Shown piece after piece: positions 27,992 through 42,175 of a DNA stretch of 64,000 nucleotides (position 1 is the first letter of the stretch; each line of letters opens with the position of its first letter). The notes under the pieces were generated by a model. That model was not told where the DNA came from and made no database searches. It saw nothing but the letters and a program-made list of their open reading frames with translations. The position numbers and the translations under genes were made by a program. This stretch comes from the human T2T-CHM13v2.0 reference genome, Homo sapiens. Location: assembly GCF_009914755.1 (NCBI RefSeq), contig NC_060927.1; one strand, given 5' to 3'.

Positions 27992-28274
27992 CTTCTTTTA
28001 TGAGTCTACCAATGATTTAATGCCACAGACAATACATGGCATGAGAATCTTTATAATTGGAAAATATACATAATTTTTTTTAAATGAAGGGAGCAGAAGG
28101 GACTGGCTCCAACATCTGTTGAAAAGTTCCCAATAAATTGTCATTCCATTGAAAGAGATATGATTTCCAAATATCTCCAAGGTCAGTTGAAAAGGTGTTC
28201 ACATCTTGCTACAGATTTCAGCATAACAAGATCAAGAAGACTTTGGACACCAACTTGATTTAGCTGTAAAATAC
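27992..28274 (-). pseudogene. Exon remnant (3' boundary uncertain)
   Basis: Strong acceptor ctctttagtctctacag. Phase-1 frame ILQLNQVGVQSLLDLVMLKSVARCEHLFN*PWRYLEIISLSME*QFIGNFSTDVG. Confidence 0.55.
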
Positions 28275-28344
28275 CTGTAGAGACTAAAGAGATGCTTCCT
28301 GGTGGAAATCAAAGTAGAACACCTCGGTGATGAAGCCAAGTTGA

Positions 28345-28725
<381 letters not shown>

Positions 28726-29046
28726 AGTAGAAGTCTTGACAAATCAGAGTACAAAAACAGGCATGATATGAAAGGCCTGAAAACAAGACCAGATTTTGTT
28801 CTAGAAATGTCTGGCTACCTTATAAAATACTGGGAGTTAAGTGTTACAGTCTAAATGAAAGGATGGTGAAGGGGAGAACACCTGTCTTTGTGTCCCCTGT
28901 ACAGCACACGCCTCATGTATGAGTGGAGACTGAATAAATGAGCGCTGTGCCAGGGAGGCCGGCCCCGGCTTTAACAAGGTCTCACGTGCAGGGCGTAGGG
29001 GATCAGACCATTCTAGCTCCATCTTCCTGAAAGACATTTCACTTGC

Positions 29047-29081
29047 TCTTGAAGATCATAAATAGTAAAATCTGCAGCCCT
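29047..29081 (-). pseudogene. Exon remnant (35 nt, phase 2>1)
   Basis: Acceptor ttatttgtgttttcag, donor GA|gcaagt (GC). GLQILLFMIFK. Confidence 0.5.
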
Positions 29082-29186
29082 CTGAAAACACAAATAAGCC
29101 ATTGGCATTTCCATAGACAGAAGCCAAACCTCGGGGAACTTATTTCTAATCCAGTTGCTCCAGCTTCAGCGGGAACATGAACTCAC

Positions 29187-29386
29187 CTTGCTGATGGGAC
29201 TGGCAAATGACATTCTAAATCATCAAGATCACATATGTCTAACCAGGTTGATGTGTGAAATGTCTGGTGTTTATTTTATCTATGTTTCACATTGAGCTGA
29301 AACTTCACTGCCAAAGACGTTGGCCAAGCAGGCTTCTTTCTCAGCTGTTGCTCTACAGAACAATTTCACAAAGACAGGATGTTGTC
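29187..29386 (-). pseudogene. Exon remnant (200 nt, phase 0>2)
   Basis: Acceptor gcttttttag, donor AAG|gtgagt. DNILSL*NCSVEQQLRKKPAWPTSLAVKFQLNVKHR*NKHQTFHTSTWLDICDLDDLECHLPVPSA. Confidence 0.6.
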
Positions 29387-29626
29387 CTAAAAAAGCATCC
29401 TCTGGTTCCCTGCTGGACAGGCCGACAGCTTGGCTGGGTATTACAAACAAACCAGGAAAGTATGTTCAGTAATGCCAGCTCACGAGGGAAGCTGGGACTA
29501 TGGCTTCAAAAGTAGAGCTGTAGTGAGTTGGGGAAAAAGTGGTAAATATTTGAGGAGGTTGTTGACATCGTATAAAGGCCAGGAAAACAAAGGCTGGAAA
29601 TTGTAAGGGTCCTACAGTGAAAGTAC

Positions 29627-29759
29627 CTGAGGATAGCTAGGGGACAGAGGGGAAGATCACAACCAGCTTGAAGTGGTCCATCTGTCTGACGTGGAAGCAG
29701 AATTAAGCACAGACCACACATTGTTCCCCAGATCAGGAAAATCCCATTTGACTTCAGGT
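29627..29759 (-). pseudogene. Exon remnant (133 nt, phase 2>0)
   Basis: Acceptor gttagcag, donor CAG|gtactt. PEVKWDFPDLGNNVWSVLNSASTSDRWTTSSWL*SSPLSPSYPQ. Confidence 0.55.
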
Positions 29760-30039
29760 CTGCTAACATCAGGAACATCGCAGTGGTCATGGTAATAATA
29801 ATAGCAGACATTTACAGCATTCATTCACAGGCACTGTACTAAGTACTTTGCATACAATTTCTCATTTGATGTTTTAAAAACTCTGAAAAGGCAAGTTTTA
29901 TTACTCTCAAGTACAGATGAAGGAACTGAGACTCAGAAGTAGGAAGGAACTTACTCCAAATCCATAGCTGTGCTGTGAAAGCTGGTGTGTGAATCTCGTC
30001 ACTCTAGCCTGAAAGCATGTTCTCAAAACCATTTTTGTC

Positions 30040-30775
30040 AATTCCAAATACAAAACAGGGACACTGCAGTGCTGTGGGGAAAAGAGTGGCCTTTTCCATT
30101 AAATGGTCTCTGGGTCAACTTGCTAATCATAGAAAAATAATGTATTTTAACCCCTGTCTCACAGCTCACAAATAAATTAATCCCAATTGAGTCACAGATC
30201 AAAAACATTTTTAGAGCAAAACATAGAAAAATAGGTGAATATCTTGGAGTAGATAATGATTCTTTACTCAAGACAAGAAAGTCCCTAACCATAATATTGA
30301 TAAATTGGATTATATTGCCCTGAAGAACTTCTGTTCATCAAAAGATACTACTGAGAACAGAGAAAGGCAACCCACAGAGTGGAAGAAGATATTTATAATA
30401 CATACAGGACTCATACCAAGAATATATAAATAACTTCTGCAAATCAATAAGAAAAAGACAGAAAACCAGGTTCAAAAAGTGGACAAAAGACTTGATCAGA
30501 TACTTCACAAAGGAAGTATCCAAAGTGCCAATAAACATATGGAGAATTGCTTAAGTTTATCAGTCATCAGGGAAATGCAAATCACAGACCACAACGCAAT
30601 CACACTACACACCCGTCAGAATGACTACATCAAAAAAGATAGGAAATCGTGAGTATTGGTGAGGATGATGTGAAGCAACCAAGACTCTGTATATATACAG
30701 GTATACACACACACACGTATATATACCTTTGTAAAATGTCACTCCTAGTGTAAACTCAACAGAAATATGTATGTA

Positions 30776-30821
<46 letters not shown>

Positions 30822-31760
30822 CACCAAAAGACATACTAGAACATTATAGCAATGCTATTTATGATGTCTGAAAAAAAAACAACTCAAATGCCCACTGACA
30901 TAGAATAGAACGGGAAATTTTCCCATTCTATTTCCCATTCCCAGTTGTAGCTCATATATTCTCATTGCTATTGTGTTACTATACCATTGATGGGAAAATG
31001 AATTGCGGTGTATTAACACGATAGCGATGAGAATATATGAACTACAACTATGAGCAATAGTATCAGGACAAATCTTACAACTGTGATGTTGAGTGGAAGA
31101 AACACAAATGAGGATATTCTGTATGTTTCCTTTATTTGAAGCAGGAAAAGGGACAGAACTCTTCTATCAGAAGTCAGGTCAGTGCTTACCTAGGGAGGGT
31201 GTAGCAACTGGAACAGGGTACAGGGAGGTTGGTCTCCTCAGGTGCTGCTGATGCTCTGTGTGAGCTATGTGCTGGCTGCAAAGGTGCATTTGTTTATGAC
31301 AATTTACTGAGCTGTACACTTACTGTATCAATTAGCTGTTGCCATACCAAACCATCCCCAAACCCAGTGGCAGACAATAAGCATTTATTTCTTGCCGACT
31401 GGTTTGTGTTCAGTTGTTCAAAGTTGGGCTTGGCTGTGTTGAGGGCAGGCTTCTCCACATGTCTCAATCTCCTTTAACTGGCAGCCATCCAAGGCATGGT
31501 CTCAAAGGGTGAAAGGCAGGAGCCCAAGATAGGGAAATGGAAACACACAGGCTTCTTCGGGTCTCAGCTTGGAGCTAGTGTCCTCTGACTGCTGCCACAT
31601 TCCAGTGGCCAAGGCAAGTCGCAGGACCAAGCCCGACATCAGTGGAGTGGGGAAATACGCGCCTCTCAAGCTCCTCCCCATGTAAACATTTGCTCAGCAA
31701 TAATCTAATCCAGGACATTTATTAGAGGTGTGGCTTACTGTGTGTATTTCGTATTTCAAA
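30040..31760 (+). mobile_element. Old L1M(E) 3' region split by an MLT1I/J LTR (31324-31717, minus)
   Basis: L1 motifs (aacttctgttcatcaaaaga, gggaaatgcaaatc); MLT1 ends tgtatca...ctaatccaggaca; L1 resumes after the LTR. Confidence 0.8.
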
Positions 31761-32095
31761 GTTTTCAAAGGAAACCAAAAAGGGTGTAGGAACCGCTATC
31801 TTCCCCTACCTCCTCCACACTACTGGGTCCCCTCCCACTTCTGGGATCTTAATGGAAAGAGGATAAGTTATGAAAATTCTCTACACAAGCACAAGGAAGA
31901 AAGGAAGGAAGAACATGTGCTTCCTAGCACACAATGCGCTTCCCGTCAGCTGGGCTGGAGAGAAATGCCTCCCTGGTCTGCCACCCCCCACCCCCGCCAG
32001 AGAAATGGCGGCAACAAGTCACCCCTTCCTGTAGTTGTAGCTGAAGGGACTGCTGTAAAGTGCAGCCCCAGTTTTCCCAGCCCCTGCTCCCTTAC

Positions 32096-32407
32096 CTTCA
32101 AGGGCTCCCTATTGTAGTCACACTGTTTAATAAAGGGTGAACTTTATCCAGTGAGAAGGAAGGAGCTGAACATTTAAAAGGCTCAACATTTCTGCAAGAC
32201 AAATTGAACTTTTTGCCTCCTAACCAACAATCCTGAAAAAGTCTCTCTTATTCATCGCAGATGCAGAAGGTTTAAGCAGGCACCAAATTACTCCAAGGGC
32301 AACATCCCAGTTCCTTGGTCTTTAGATCAGACGCACTAAGAGGGACGATAAGTCTTCAGAGAGGTCTGGTTCCTACTGTAATAAGAGCATGGGATTCTGT
32401 TCCTTCT
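32096..32407 (-). pseudogene. Exon remnant (312 nt, phase 2>2)
   Basis: Acceptor ctttccctacctacag, donor AAG|gtaagg. EGTESHALITVGTRPL*RLIVPLSASDLKTKELGCCPWSNLV...; four stops, no frameshift needed. Confidence 0.6.
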
Positions 32408-32599
32408 CTGTAGGTAGGGAAAGTTCAAATGTACACAATAACAATTCATCCCTCTCTTGCAACTTATCTCATATAAACTCCATCTCTAGAATCAGGCTGC
32501 CTGGTGTCAAGTCTTGGCTCTACTTGCCGTGTGACCTTGGGTAAGTGATTCGACCACTGTCACCCTCAGGTCCTCCATCTGTAAAATGGAGATTTGCTT

Positions 32600-33590
32600 A
32601 TTCATTCAATGGACCTTTATTGAAAGACCTACTATGTGTCCGGCAGGGTGCTGGGCTCTAGGGATACAATGGCAACTGAGATGGACATGGTCCTCGCCGT
32701 CATGGAGTTTATATGAAGGGTAGAGTCAAACCGCAAACACTCTGTCACATAACCACAATCTCAGCCATAGTGTCACGAGGAAAACAAACCATAGACTGAG
32801 ATGGAAAATAACAGGAGAGTCAGGAAGGTGGTCTCACCAAAAGGTGACACACTTAAGCTGAGCCTCAAAGGAAGAGCAGCTAACCAGGGGAAGTCTTGCC
32901 AGGTGCAGGGAGCAGAGCTCGGTGAACTCGGGACACTGAGAGGCCAGTGACACAAGGGGAGAATGGCTTCAGGTGAGGCTGGAGGGAGAGGTAGGAGGTG
33001 CGTCCTGCAGGGCTGGGAAGCTGGGAAGGGAGTCTGGATTTATCCTACAGGCAGGGGGCGGCCACCGAGGGGTTCAGATGATCACGTGGCTGCTGGCAAA
33101 GATGGACTTGCGAGGTGGTGTGCAGGTTAAGAATGGATGTGAGACCAGCCAGAAGCCTATTGCAGGACCCCAGTGGGTCGTGGTGCTGGCGCTGGAGATG
33201 GGGAGAAGAAGGCAGTTGAGTCAAATGGCCCCCGTGGGGCGAGAAGCCCCAGGACTCAGGACAGAATGAAGATGGGGGAGTGTGTAGGTCTGGTTTGAGT
33301 CAGTGAGTGGAGATGGCTGTGACCTCCTGATATGCGAGAAAGAGTACAGGGAGAGGTGAGGAGAAAGCAAGGTAAGCCCAGGGCTTGCCAACACTGAGGG
33401 AGGGGAAGGAAAGGGGAGGGGAGGGGAAGGGAGAGGAGGGGAGGGGAAGGGAGAGGAGGGGAGGGGAGGGGAGGGGGTATCAGCCCAGGGTCCTACAGAG
33501 GAGCAACTGATAGGGTGAAAGGAAAGCAAGGAGGGGGTGGCTCCAGAAAGGAGCATTTCAAGAAGTCAGGATGCCCATCTAAGTCCAGTG
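32600..33590 (-). mobile_element. L2 fragment containing a (GGAGG)n purine tract (33398-33478)
   Basis: ttcattcaat...tactatgtgtccggc reverse L2 3' end. Confidence 0.75.
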
Positions 33591-34106
33591 TTGCTGAGAC
33601 GAGGACAGAAGCTCCAAGACACACCAACAGTGAAAATGAGTCGAGGAACCGTCTGTATAGTATATATCACATTTGTGTTTTCAAAAGTTGTGTGTTTGGA
33701 AGCGGGAGGATATTTTAGCTTATTTGCAGGTTTGCTTATGGAACAGCTCTGGAAGACTCTGCAAGACTCTGGTGACAATGGCTCCCCCAGAGGAGGGAAC
33801 CGGCTAGCAGGGGATGGGGTGGAGTGAGAGAGACCTTTCACTGTGTGTCTCACCCTTTGGGAGCTTTCATATTTTTATAAAATATAAATATATGACTATA
33901 TTACTATTCAAAATTACAGTTTGAAAAAAGCACCCTGCCTTGGGAGCTGCTGTGGGATAATAATAATCGTTTCCTGCGCTTCTCAGGAGGATTACTTGAG
34001 ATGATGTATGTCAGCTGCTTAGCTCAGGCTCAGCGTGGCACTCCATGAGGTGAGTCGCATCCCTGTCACTGCTGCTCCAGGAAACAGCAGAGAGGGCCTT
34101 GGCCTG

Positions 34107-34532
34107 TGTATTCGGTTCCCAGGGTTCTCGTAACAAAGTACACAAACTGCGTGGCTTAAAACAAGAGAAATTCCTTCTCTCACACTTCTAGAGGCCAGAA
34201 GTCTGGAGTTGTGGCCGGGCCCTGCTCCCTGGGAAGGCTCTAAGGAGGAACCCTCCCTTGCCTCTCACTGCTGCTGGTGATCGTTGGTTCCCTGCATTCC
34301 TTGGCTTGCGGCTGCATCACTGCAGTCTTTGCCTCTGTTGTCACACAGCCTTCTACCTTCAGTGTGTCTGTCTTCACGTGGCCTTCTTACAAGGACACCA
34401 GTCATTAAATTCAGAGCCTACAGTAATCCAGTACGACCTTGACTTGTTAATGACATCTGCAAAGACCCTATGTCCAAATAAGGCTACATTCACAGGTACC
34501 GGGTAATTCCGAGGACACCATTTAACCCAGCT
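34107..34532 (-). mobile_element. MLT1C-like MaLR LTR
   Basis: gtggcttaaaacaa...aaggacaccagtca...acatctgcaaagaccctat. Confidence 0.88.
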
Positions 34533-35080
34533 GAGCCTGGCAGTTAATATTCTCACAACCACAAACTCATCCGTGACCCAGGTGAGTCCCTTCTCATTCT
34601 GGGCATCTGGTTTCCACCTATAAAATGAAAGGGGTGACTGGAGTCGCTCTAGGCCCCAGCCCAGCCCAGAAGCACTGGGTGTCCTTAGACACTCCTGGAC
34701 CGGGTCTCAGGTAGGTAAGCCGGGCATCAGGAACAGGACTGAGGAGGCCGAGGCCTGTGTGTGTTTCATGTTGCTGCAGGCGAGGGACGTGCACTGGCTG
34801 TCACTGCAGACACTGCAGCCATTGCTGAGGATTTCTGAAGTCCTGAGCCCCTAGGTTCCTGGGAACAATGAAGCTTGAACTCTGTGGCCAGAATCATAGC
34901 CCAGAGCTATACTAAGACTCAGTCCTGCCCAGCCCCCTTTTATCACCTAATTCATGGCACAAGTGCAAACTCACATTCTTGTCCAAAGAGGAGTTGGAAC
35001 AAACTGGATTTAGCGCAGCAGATTCTGAGGGACATCTGAGGTCATGAACTGAGCGGGCGTGTGCTGCTGAGTCAACTCAC

Positions 35081-35208
35081 ACAGGCTGCCAGGTACCATC
35101 CTCAGACTCCGCAGGAGAGGGTGGGGAATGGGAGAAACTGGAAGAAGCTTCCAAGAGGAATTTGTGGCAAACCTGCTTTACCGTGTTGGTTCCCTTTGGG
35201 TAACCAGA
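35081..35208 (-). pseudogene. Exon remnant (128 nt, phase 0>2)
   Basis: Long pyrimidine tract ending gcAA (mutated AG), donor GT|gtgagt. Fully open: SGYPKGTNTVKQVCHKFLLEASSSFSHSPPSPAESEDGTWQP. Confidence 0.55.
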
Positions 35209-36794
35209 TTGCAATAAAAACAACAAAGACACTCTCCTCGTGTATGAGAACTTCACACCTCATGAAAAGCTTTATACCTGTTCGCTTGTTTGATTTGATT
35301 CTAAAAAGTTGTGTGCAAACAGGGACTTTGATTGCAGTTTTCCAGATAAAGAAACTAAAGCTCAGAGTGGTGCCACACAGGGTCCCTCCCAGGGGCTGCT
35401 TCTGATGGCTCATTCAGGAGGGAGACCTTTAGAATTACTGCCCAAATCTCCACCCCAAGGCACCCAACACAGTGTCAGCGTAATCATCTTCCATGGGGAC
35501 ACTCTGTTCTCACATTCTTGTGTAAAGTATGAATACCTGCATTTTATGGAAGATTGCTATTTGTATTGATTTATAACATACAATATAAATGAAAGCAGTG
35601 TGTTTGCTATGCAAACACAGGTTCAAGACCAGCCCAGAAGACCCCTCCCAGCACCTAAGCCGTTCCAGATGGGCCTCCTGGAGTGATCACAGCTGTTCTG
35701 ACTCACAGGAGGCCAGCCAGGATGCTGCCAGGGAGGCTGCCTGTGTGAGCACGCCGTCTGCAGAAGGCAGTCTCACTCTGCTAAGACAGACAGCTTAGCG
35801 CCGGGCTCCTGCTGAGGACACTGCCCCGGGGAGAAACCCTGGGCCACCCCACTCACTGTTCTAGTCCCGGGCGGGGCCGGCAGGGCCTGGGCAGGTCAGA
35901 CTTTGCTGTGGGGCTGGTTTCCACAGTGAGGGAGGAGCCGGTTCCGCTGCTGACTGGTGGGCAGCTCAATGCTTTGGCCAGTCAATGACATGGCCATTAG
36001 GCAAATATTTGGGGCTTGATTTTGGTTATGGTTTTTAAAATAGAAAATGAATAAATTAGGCTTGGGGAAGTGGTGTTTTACAGTCACGTGGGAGGAACAG
36101 GCATTGAATCTGATTGTCCTTGGGCTGCAGCTAGAATTGCAGCCTCGCCTCTGTGGCATTTAGGCGTTGGCTTAACCACAAATCACAGACCAGAGAAGGC
36201 CTCAGTGTCAGAGAAAGGCCTGGAAAGAAGGAAGCAGACACAGAGAGCCACGGACTCACCCAAGGTCACACAGCTCATATCGGGTGATTGAACTGTGTGG
36301 GGGTGGAATCACATCTGTCCAGGACATCAGCATGTCACTGGCACCCATCTGGCACCTGGCAGGGAGTGGGTGTCCATTACGTGGGATGACTGTGTGTAGG
36401 AGGGAGGAAGGCAGGCAGGGAAGGAGGGAGCGGCAGAGAGCGAGGACACAGGGCTCTCATTGTCCAGGCCCTGTGCTCTGCATCACCACTCTGAGCTTGA
36501 CAGACAGAAACGGGAGACAGCGGGAGCAAGCTGTGAACAAGGGAAAGGAAGGATGGAGCAAGATGGAGAGGGTGTGGGGCCCAGAGTGGGCTCTACTTTC
36601 TCAAGCCATGCCTGACTGTCCTTGGTGATGACTCGGGCAGAGAAAGAAGAGGTACCCCAGAATGTTCTCCCCAATAATCCTGGCCCCGCGCACCCGTGCC
36701 ATGGACTCTGATACCAGGCTCCCTGCCTCTTCTGCTGGAGTCCTGTGGGAAGAGGGAAGGGGAAGCTGAGAGAGAAGAGAGGGCAGGCACTCAC

Positions 36795-36964
36795 CTTCCA
36801 GTAGGGAAGCAGCAGCAACCCTTAAATCTGCTCTGTCTTTTACCTCTGACAATCACAGGCCACATGTAAATTGATCCCTGAAACAGCCCGGTGAGGTTCC
36901 CATTCCACAGACACAAAAAGAGAATCCCTCTGGGCTCTTGCCACATTCCTGTATGATTAGTTTT
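36795..36964 (-). pseudogene. Exon remnant (170 nt, phase 1>0)
   Basis: Acceptor tttattcatgtttaccag, donor AAG|gtgagt. Ends ...GLLLLPYWK; three TAA stops. Confidence 0.55.
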
Positions 36965-37527
36965 CTGGTAAACATGAATAAACCAAACTAAAAAGGGCTA
37001 TTAGTGTATTTAATTTAACAAGGAGTAATTCCTCAGTAAATCCAAGGACAGAATCTCTAATGGGCTTTGCTGATGAACTGGTCAGGAGATATTTGGAGTC
37101 CAAAAAATCTCAGCAACCACAGCTCAGTTAGCATTCTATCGAACATTTACTAGGTGCCAGAACTATCTTCTTACTCTATCGTCCCATTTACTCCTTACAC
37201 CCCCGAGAGATGGGTACTATTATCATGCAGTTTCCAGACGATGAAACTCCAGTACTGAGAAGTTCACTGCCTGTCTAAGGTCATCTCGATAATCACTGGT
37301 GGCCTCAGCATACTTTTAATTATATTTCCGTGCCTATGCAAGAGACTAGCCTACGCCAAATATTGGATCTTTGAGGGAGGGGGCAGCAGAAGGACACACT
37401 GGGGTGGTGTAATCAGCTGGTGGGGAGTGGGGGAGGGAGAAGCAAGAAGAGTAGAAGAGAATCAAGAAGGTCATTTTTTGGACAGTGGGCAAGGTAAATG
37501 AAAATCAGATATTTAAAAAGAAAATTT

Positions 37528-38150
<623 letters not shown>

Positions 38151-38217
38151 CTGGGCTTTGAAAGCCCTGCATCTATTTTATTGTTTCTTAAGAACCACAT
38201 CCCAGGTTGTAAAACAC

Positions 38218-38817
38218 CTGTATGTACAGAACTTGAATGTGTTTATTGGTTCTTCAGGCATGCGTGCACATGAGGACACATCTCAGAGACTATCCTGGGG
38301 ATGAGGGCTTCTAATTATATGGTATGTGAGGCTGTGTTTTCATGGAAAGTGAGCTCCTTAGACTCACAGAGTCTGGGGCTTGGTTTTGCTGCAGGAAGCT
38401 GTGTGTTTAGTAGAGCAGCCGTTCGGGCTAGTCTCTGGGGAAGAAGAAACTCTTCTCCTCCTGGTCTCAGGTGGGCTGAGCTGGGCTTGACAAGATCATT
38501 TGGTTTCAAAGAACTAGACCCTGCTTTGCAACTGAGTCTCCCCAGGAGAAGGTGTCACTAAGCACAGATTCATCCGGCCTCGAGGGGATCATGTTGTCAT
38601 TTTCAGAGGAAAGCCCCAGAGTATTTTGATGGGGAACTCTCAACCCCTGACCTGCCGTTGCTACTGCAAATTTCATGAGGCTGGTTCTGTAACTTCTCAC
38701 AGACCCAACAGGTTGAATCGAATCAATTAAAATCATTGCAAAACCCTTGTCTACTATTGCTGGTGATAAGTGTCCTAGGATCTGATATTTTTTGATTGAT
38801 TAAGACCAGTTGCCATG
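38218..38817 (-). pseudogene. Large exon remnant with frameshifts
   Basis: Three abutting minus-strand ORF pieces (38723-39280, 38506-38736, 38315-38509). Pyrimidine tract ending in CAC rather than CAG. Donor CAG|gtgttt, phase 1. Confidence 0.4.
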
Positions 38818-38996
38818 GTGGGGGGAGATGGAAGCCCCAAGAAACCAAGAATTGCTCCCCTCTCGGGACCATAGTGTGCATGAGGAACATGAGCCTCATT
38901 GGAGATCCCAAGATGAGCAGTGGGGAATCAGGCCCGGAACCCACAACTCCTCCCGCCCTCTCCTCCAGCGCACTTTCCCCATGACTCCGCCCACAC

Positions 38997-39239
38997 ATGA
39001 GGCTGAGGCAGGGCACCCAGGACACAGGGCCGGAACATGCTTTTGGACATCCGGAAACTCCTCCAGCTGAACTCAATCGCTGAGCACTGATACCAACTGT
39101 GGAGCATTGTGTGAAGATGGCAGTGCTCTGGGGACCTGCGAGGTGAAGGTGCCACACTGGATGGAGACTGCCTGGTGACTCCCACTCTGGGCGGGAAAAT
39201 GCCAAAGGACACTCAGCACCAGGAAACTGACCAGGAAAC
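38997..39239 (-). pseudogene. Exon remnant (243 nt, phase 1>1)
   Basis: Acceptor ccattcccag, weak donor T|gtgtgg. One stop in 81 codons. Confidence 0.35.
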
Positions 39240-39449
39240 CTGGGAATGGCTCTCTGGGGCAGAGAGAACCTCACAGTCATCTATTTAAACTCCAGGAGCT
39301 AAATGCCACTTCTCTGTCCCTTCCTCCTAGATCTGAGTTTTAATCCCTGGGACCATGTAGAACACACCTAACTACTTTTCCAAGGATCAGAAATGTGAAG
39401 AGGGCACGTCTGCTACTCCTGCTTCCCAAGTCCTTTCCAATCCCCACCT

Positions 39450-39750
39450 CCCCAGATCCCTCAGTTCTTGCTCGTTTGACAAGCTCCTCATTCAGACCTG
39501 TTTGACCCTGGTTTCTCTCTTGTGGCTCTCCCCTCAGTCCGTGTCTCTAAAAGGTTATGTCCAGAACAGTGGATTGTGCCTCCCTCACTGTGGACCATAT
39601 ATGTCCATTAATACAACCATTAACCACATTACCTTTTTGGTTACCATTGGCCACTGACAAGGCCTACATGATACTTACTCCCTAAGACCTATAACTTGGC
39701 CAATCTTGTCTTTGTATGCATAGGGATGAAAGTTACCAACAAACTCAACT
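39450..39750 (-). mobile_element. L3/CR1 fragment
   Basis: ctctaaaaggttatgtccagaac...cctccctcactgtggacc...attaatacaacc resembles antisense L3. Confidence 0.55.
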
Positions 39751-40149
39751 CCTCAAAGAAGTGGAAAGCCAACCTTATTAAATGGTGTTTTCAGTTGGCG
39801 ACTAACCCAGCCTCCAGCCCAAACACTGTCACTCCCCAAGCTGAGACATGTGAACCTGTCGGGAGGTGCCAGGCATATCCTCAGTGCCACCCTGAGCCAC
39901 ACTGCACACATGTAGCAGGGTACAGCACCAGTCTCCTGGGTCTCAGACCCTTATTAAGGCAACAAACATGCTAGATCCAACGATCTTTAAGCTCAGAATT
40001 TTTTCCTTCATTGGCTGAGCTGCCACGGCACAGGATTTGTTCATTTATTGGCTGGGTCTGGGGCACCATGACCCAGAGTGGAACTTGACACAGCTCTTGT
40101 GCAGAGAAAATGGAAAGCTCCCTAGCATAACAATGACAAATCTACTCAC

Positions 40150-40617
40150 TATGCAGGCGACTTCAACAAAGGCTTGCGAAGGCATGTGCGGGCCATGTGT
40201 CGGTGCAACACTCACATCTGGCGCCTTTCTGGTTTTTGAGAGAAGAGCGGAGCGTGCCGGGGAAACCTAAGCATTATGGTGAACTCTTCGATCCTATCCT
40301 TGGACTCCGGTGACATGGGAAATCTTCAGTTCTTTGGTTATTCAGGGAGGGGTACAGATGAGATATGAGGAACACCAGGCTGCGGGGACTGGAGCAGCCT
40401 CAACTATTCACGCGTGGGTTAGAGAGCTGCCTCCCCTCCCTCCCCGGGCCATGGTGAGAGGACTAGCCGGTGTCCACAAATGTTTGGAGCTCTTACACAG
40501 ATGCATCTTACTCGTCTTTGAATCCTCAGGGACTGACACGTGCGAGGCATCTGGTCACACCAGGCCAGACCCGTTTTCTTCTTTTCTTCTTTCTATCTGC
40601 ATCTCATTTTAGACATT
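40150..40617 (-). pseudogene. Exon remnant (468 nt; alternative donor at 40216)
   Basis: Acceptor gttattcctag; two gtgagt donors, both phase-symmetric. Basic stretch RKKKRRKR; many stops; CpG-rich. Confidence 0.4.
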
Positions 40618-41103
40618 CTAGGAATAACGTTGGCTTTAGATGAGAACTCAGAAATAACCCGAGACAAGTGGGCCTGCCCTGGGCCAAGGACCTTGGCCTC
40701 CTGCCCCTGCTGGCCAGCCCCCCTAAAGGGCGGAATCCCAGTGCCTTGCCATGGTCCCCTCCCGCACCCCATGACCACATCCTCTGGCAGCCAGGATGGA
40801 CTGAATCACCTCTTGAGCTCTGTTTCCAGCCACAGATGCTGGAGGCCAAGACAAAGGGGCTGGTATTGCCAGGACCCCAGCTCTCCCCTCCACTCTTTAG
40901 CCTGATGGCCCCACGGTGGTCGGGCAGCTTCAGCAGCTGGGAGAGTGAGGGCCGGTCAACCTGGGAGCACTGTGCAGAGTAGAACCAGCTGTTTCCATGC
41001 CTTTCCGGCTCCCTTCCCACCTGGCTGGGGGCTTGGGGGATGCAGGGAAGCTGGGGTGTGTGGGAAGTGGTGGAGCTCAGCTGCCTCCCTCTGACCCACT
41101 TAC

Positions 41104-41371
41104 TAACTCAGGAAATTCAAGGGCTTTCACAGCTGCTGAAGACGTGCCTCACCTTGACAGAACCCAGGTGGCCCAAATCCCAGAAAAACCCAAGTGGCTA
41201 GTGACAGCCGGCATTTGCCCTTCCGTTTCTGTTGTCTCCATCAGAGGGGAGAAGAAAATCTTCTAAAAAGCCAGAATTTGAAACACGCCTCTGAGGAGAC
41301 GAGATCTGACTTCCTTGCTTTTGTCTATTTACTGGTTAATTTTCCCTTCTAGCCTCCTCAGTAGTATTTTC
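41104..41371 (-). pseudogene. Exon remnant (268 nt, phase 0>1)
   Basis: Acceptor ...aactgtag, donor TA|gtaagt. ENTTEEARREN*PVNRQKQGSQISSPQRRVSNSGFLEDFLLPSDGD... Confidence 0.5.
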
Positions 41372-41529
41372 CTACAGTTCCACATGAAAACTCTTGGAAG
41401 AAACCAGTAAACTAATTGCTTCCCTTTGCTTTGTGCGTGTGTGTACGCACTTGTGTGTGTGCATGAGTGTGAGCGTGTGTCTGCGTGTGTATTTTAATAT
41501 TCATAAGCGACTTCGCTGAAGGCAGATAC

Positions 41530-41563
41530 TTGGTAAGAATCACGAGAACTTTCCAGAGGAACC
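41530..41563 (-). pseudogene. Exon remnant (34 nt, phase 2>0)
   Basis: Acceptor gtttcccagtctccttcag, donor CAA|gtatct. Open: VPLESSRDSYQ. Confidence 0.5.
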
Positions 41564-42175
41564 CTGAAGGAGACTGGGAAACATGCCAGCCAGAGGGACA
41601 CAGCCTCCTTCTCCTTCCAGAGCCAACCCTACTCCATTTTCTCCTCTACACGCTACCCGAAGCCCAGCACACTTCCTCCCAGGGGTTTGTGAGCCTGCAC
41701 TTTTCTATCTCGAACCTGCCTGCTGCAGACCCAGTCATTCCTAAACAGAACTAGGGTAGGGCACAGAGGCCAGAAAGCGTTGAGCAGTGCTACTGCAGAG
41801 CCTATGAAGACCAAATCCCCCAGCGCACACACAAGGTCCTTCTTAGTCCGGCTTCTACCTGCTCCTTCAGCTGCATCTCTTGATTCTGCGGACCCCTCCC
41901 CACCTCTTAACCCCAGGCATCCCCCTCTGCCCTGGCCACATCAAGCTACTTGCCAAGCCTCTTTCCCCGCCTTCCATCCGGTCTCTGCCTGACAAACTCC
42001 TAATGTTCATTCAAGGTCCAGCTCAGTGTCCAGTTCCTCAGTAAAGCTTCGTCAGAACTTCCTTCCCCCCGCACCTGGGTGAAATCGGTGTCCTGTTCTG
42101 GGCACTCCCACCACGCTCAGTACACATATTTATCACGACGCTCAATGTCCAGCATTGTAACTGGGGCTTACATAC

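Noticed and set aside
38808-38822. Perfect Kozak CCACCATGG on the minus strand as a gene start
   Set aside because: The frame closes after 13 codons; the site fits better as a decayed internal acceptor.
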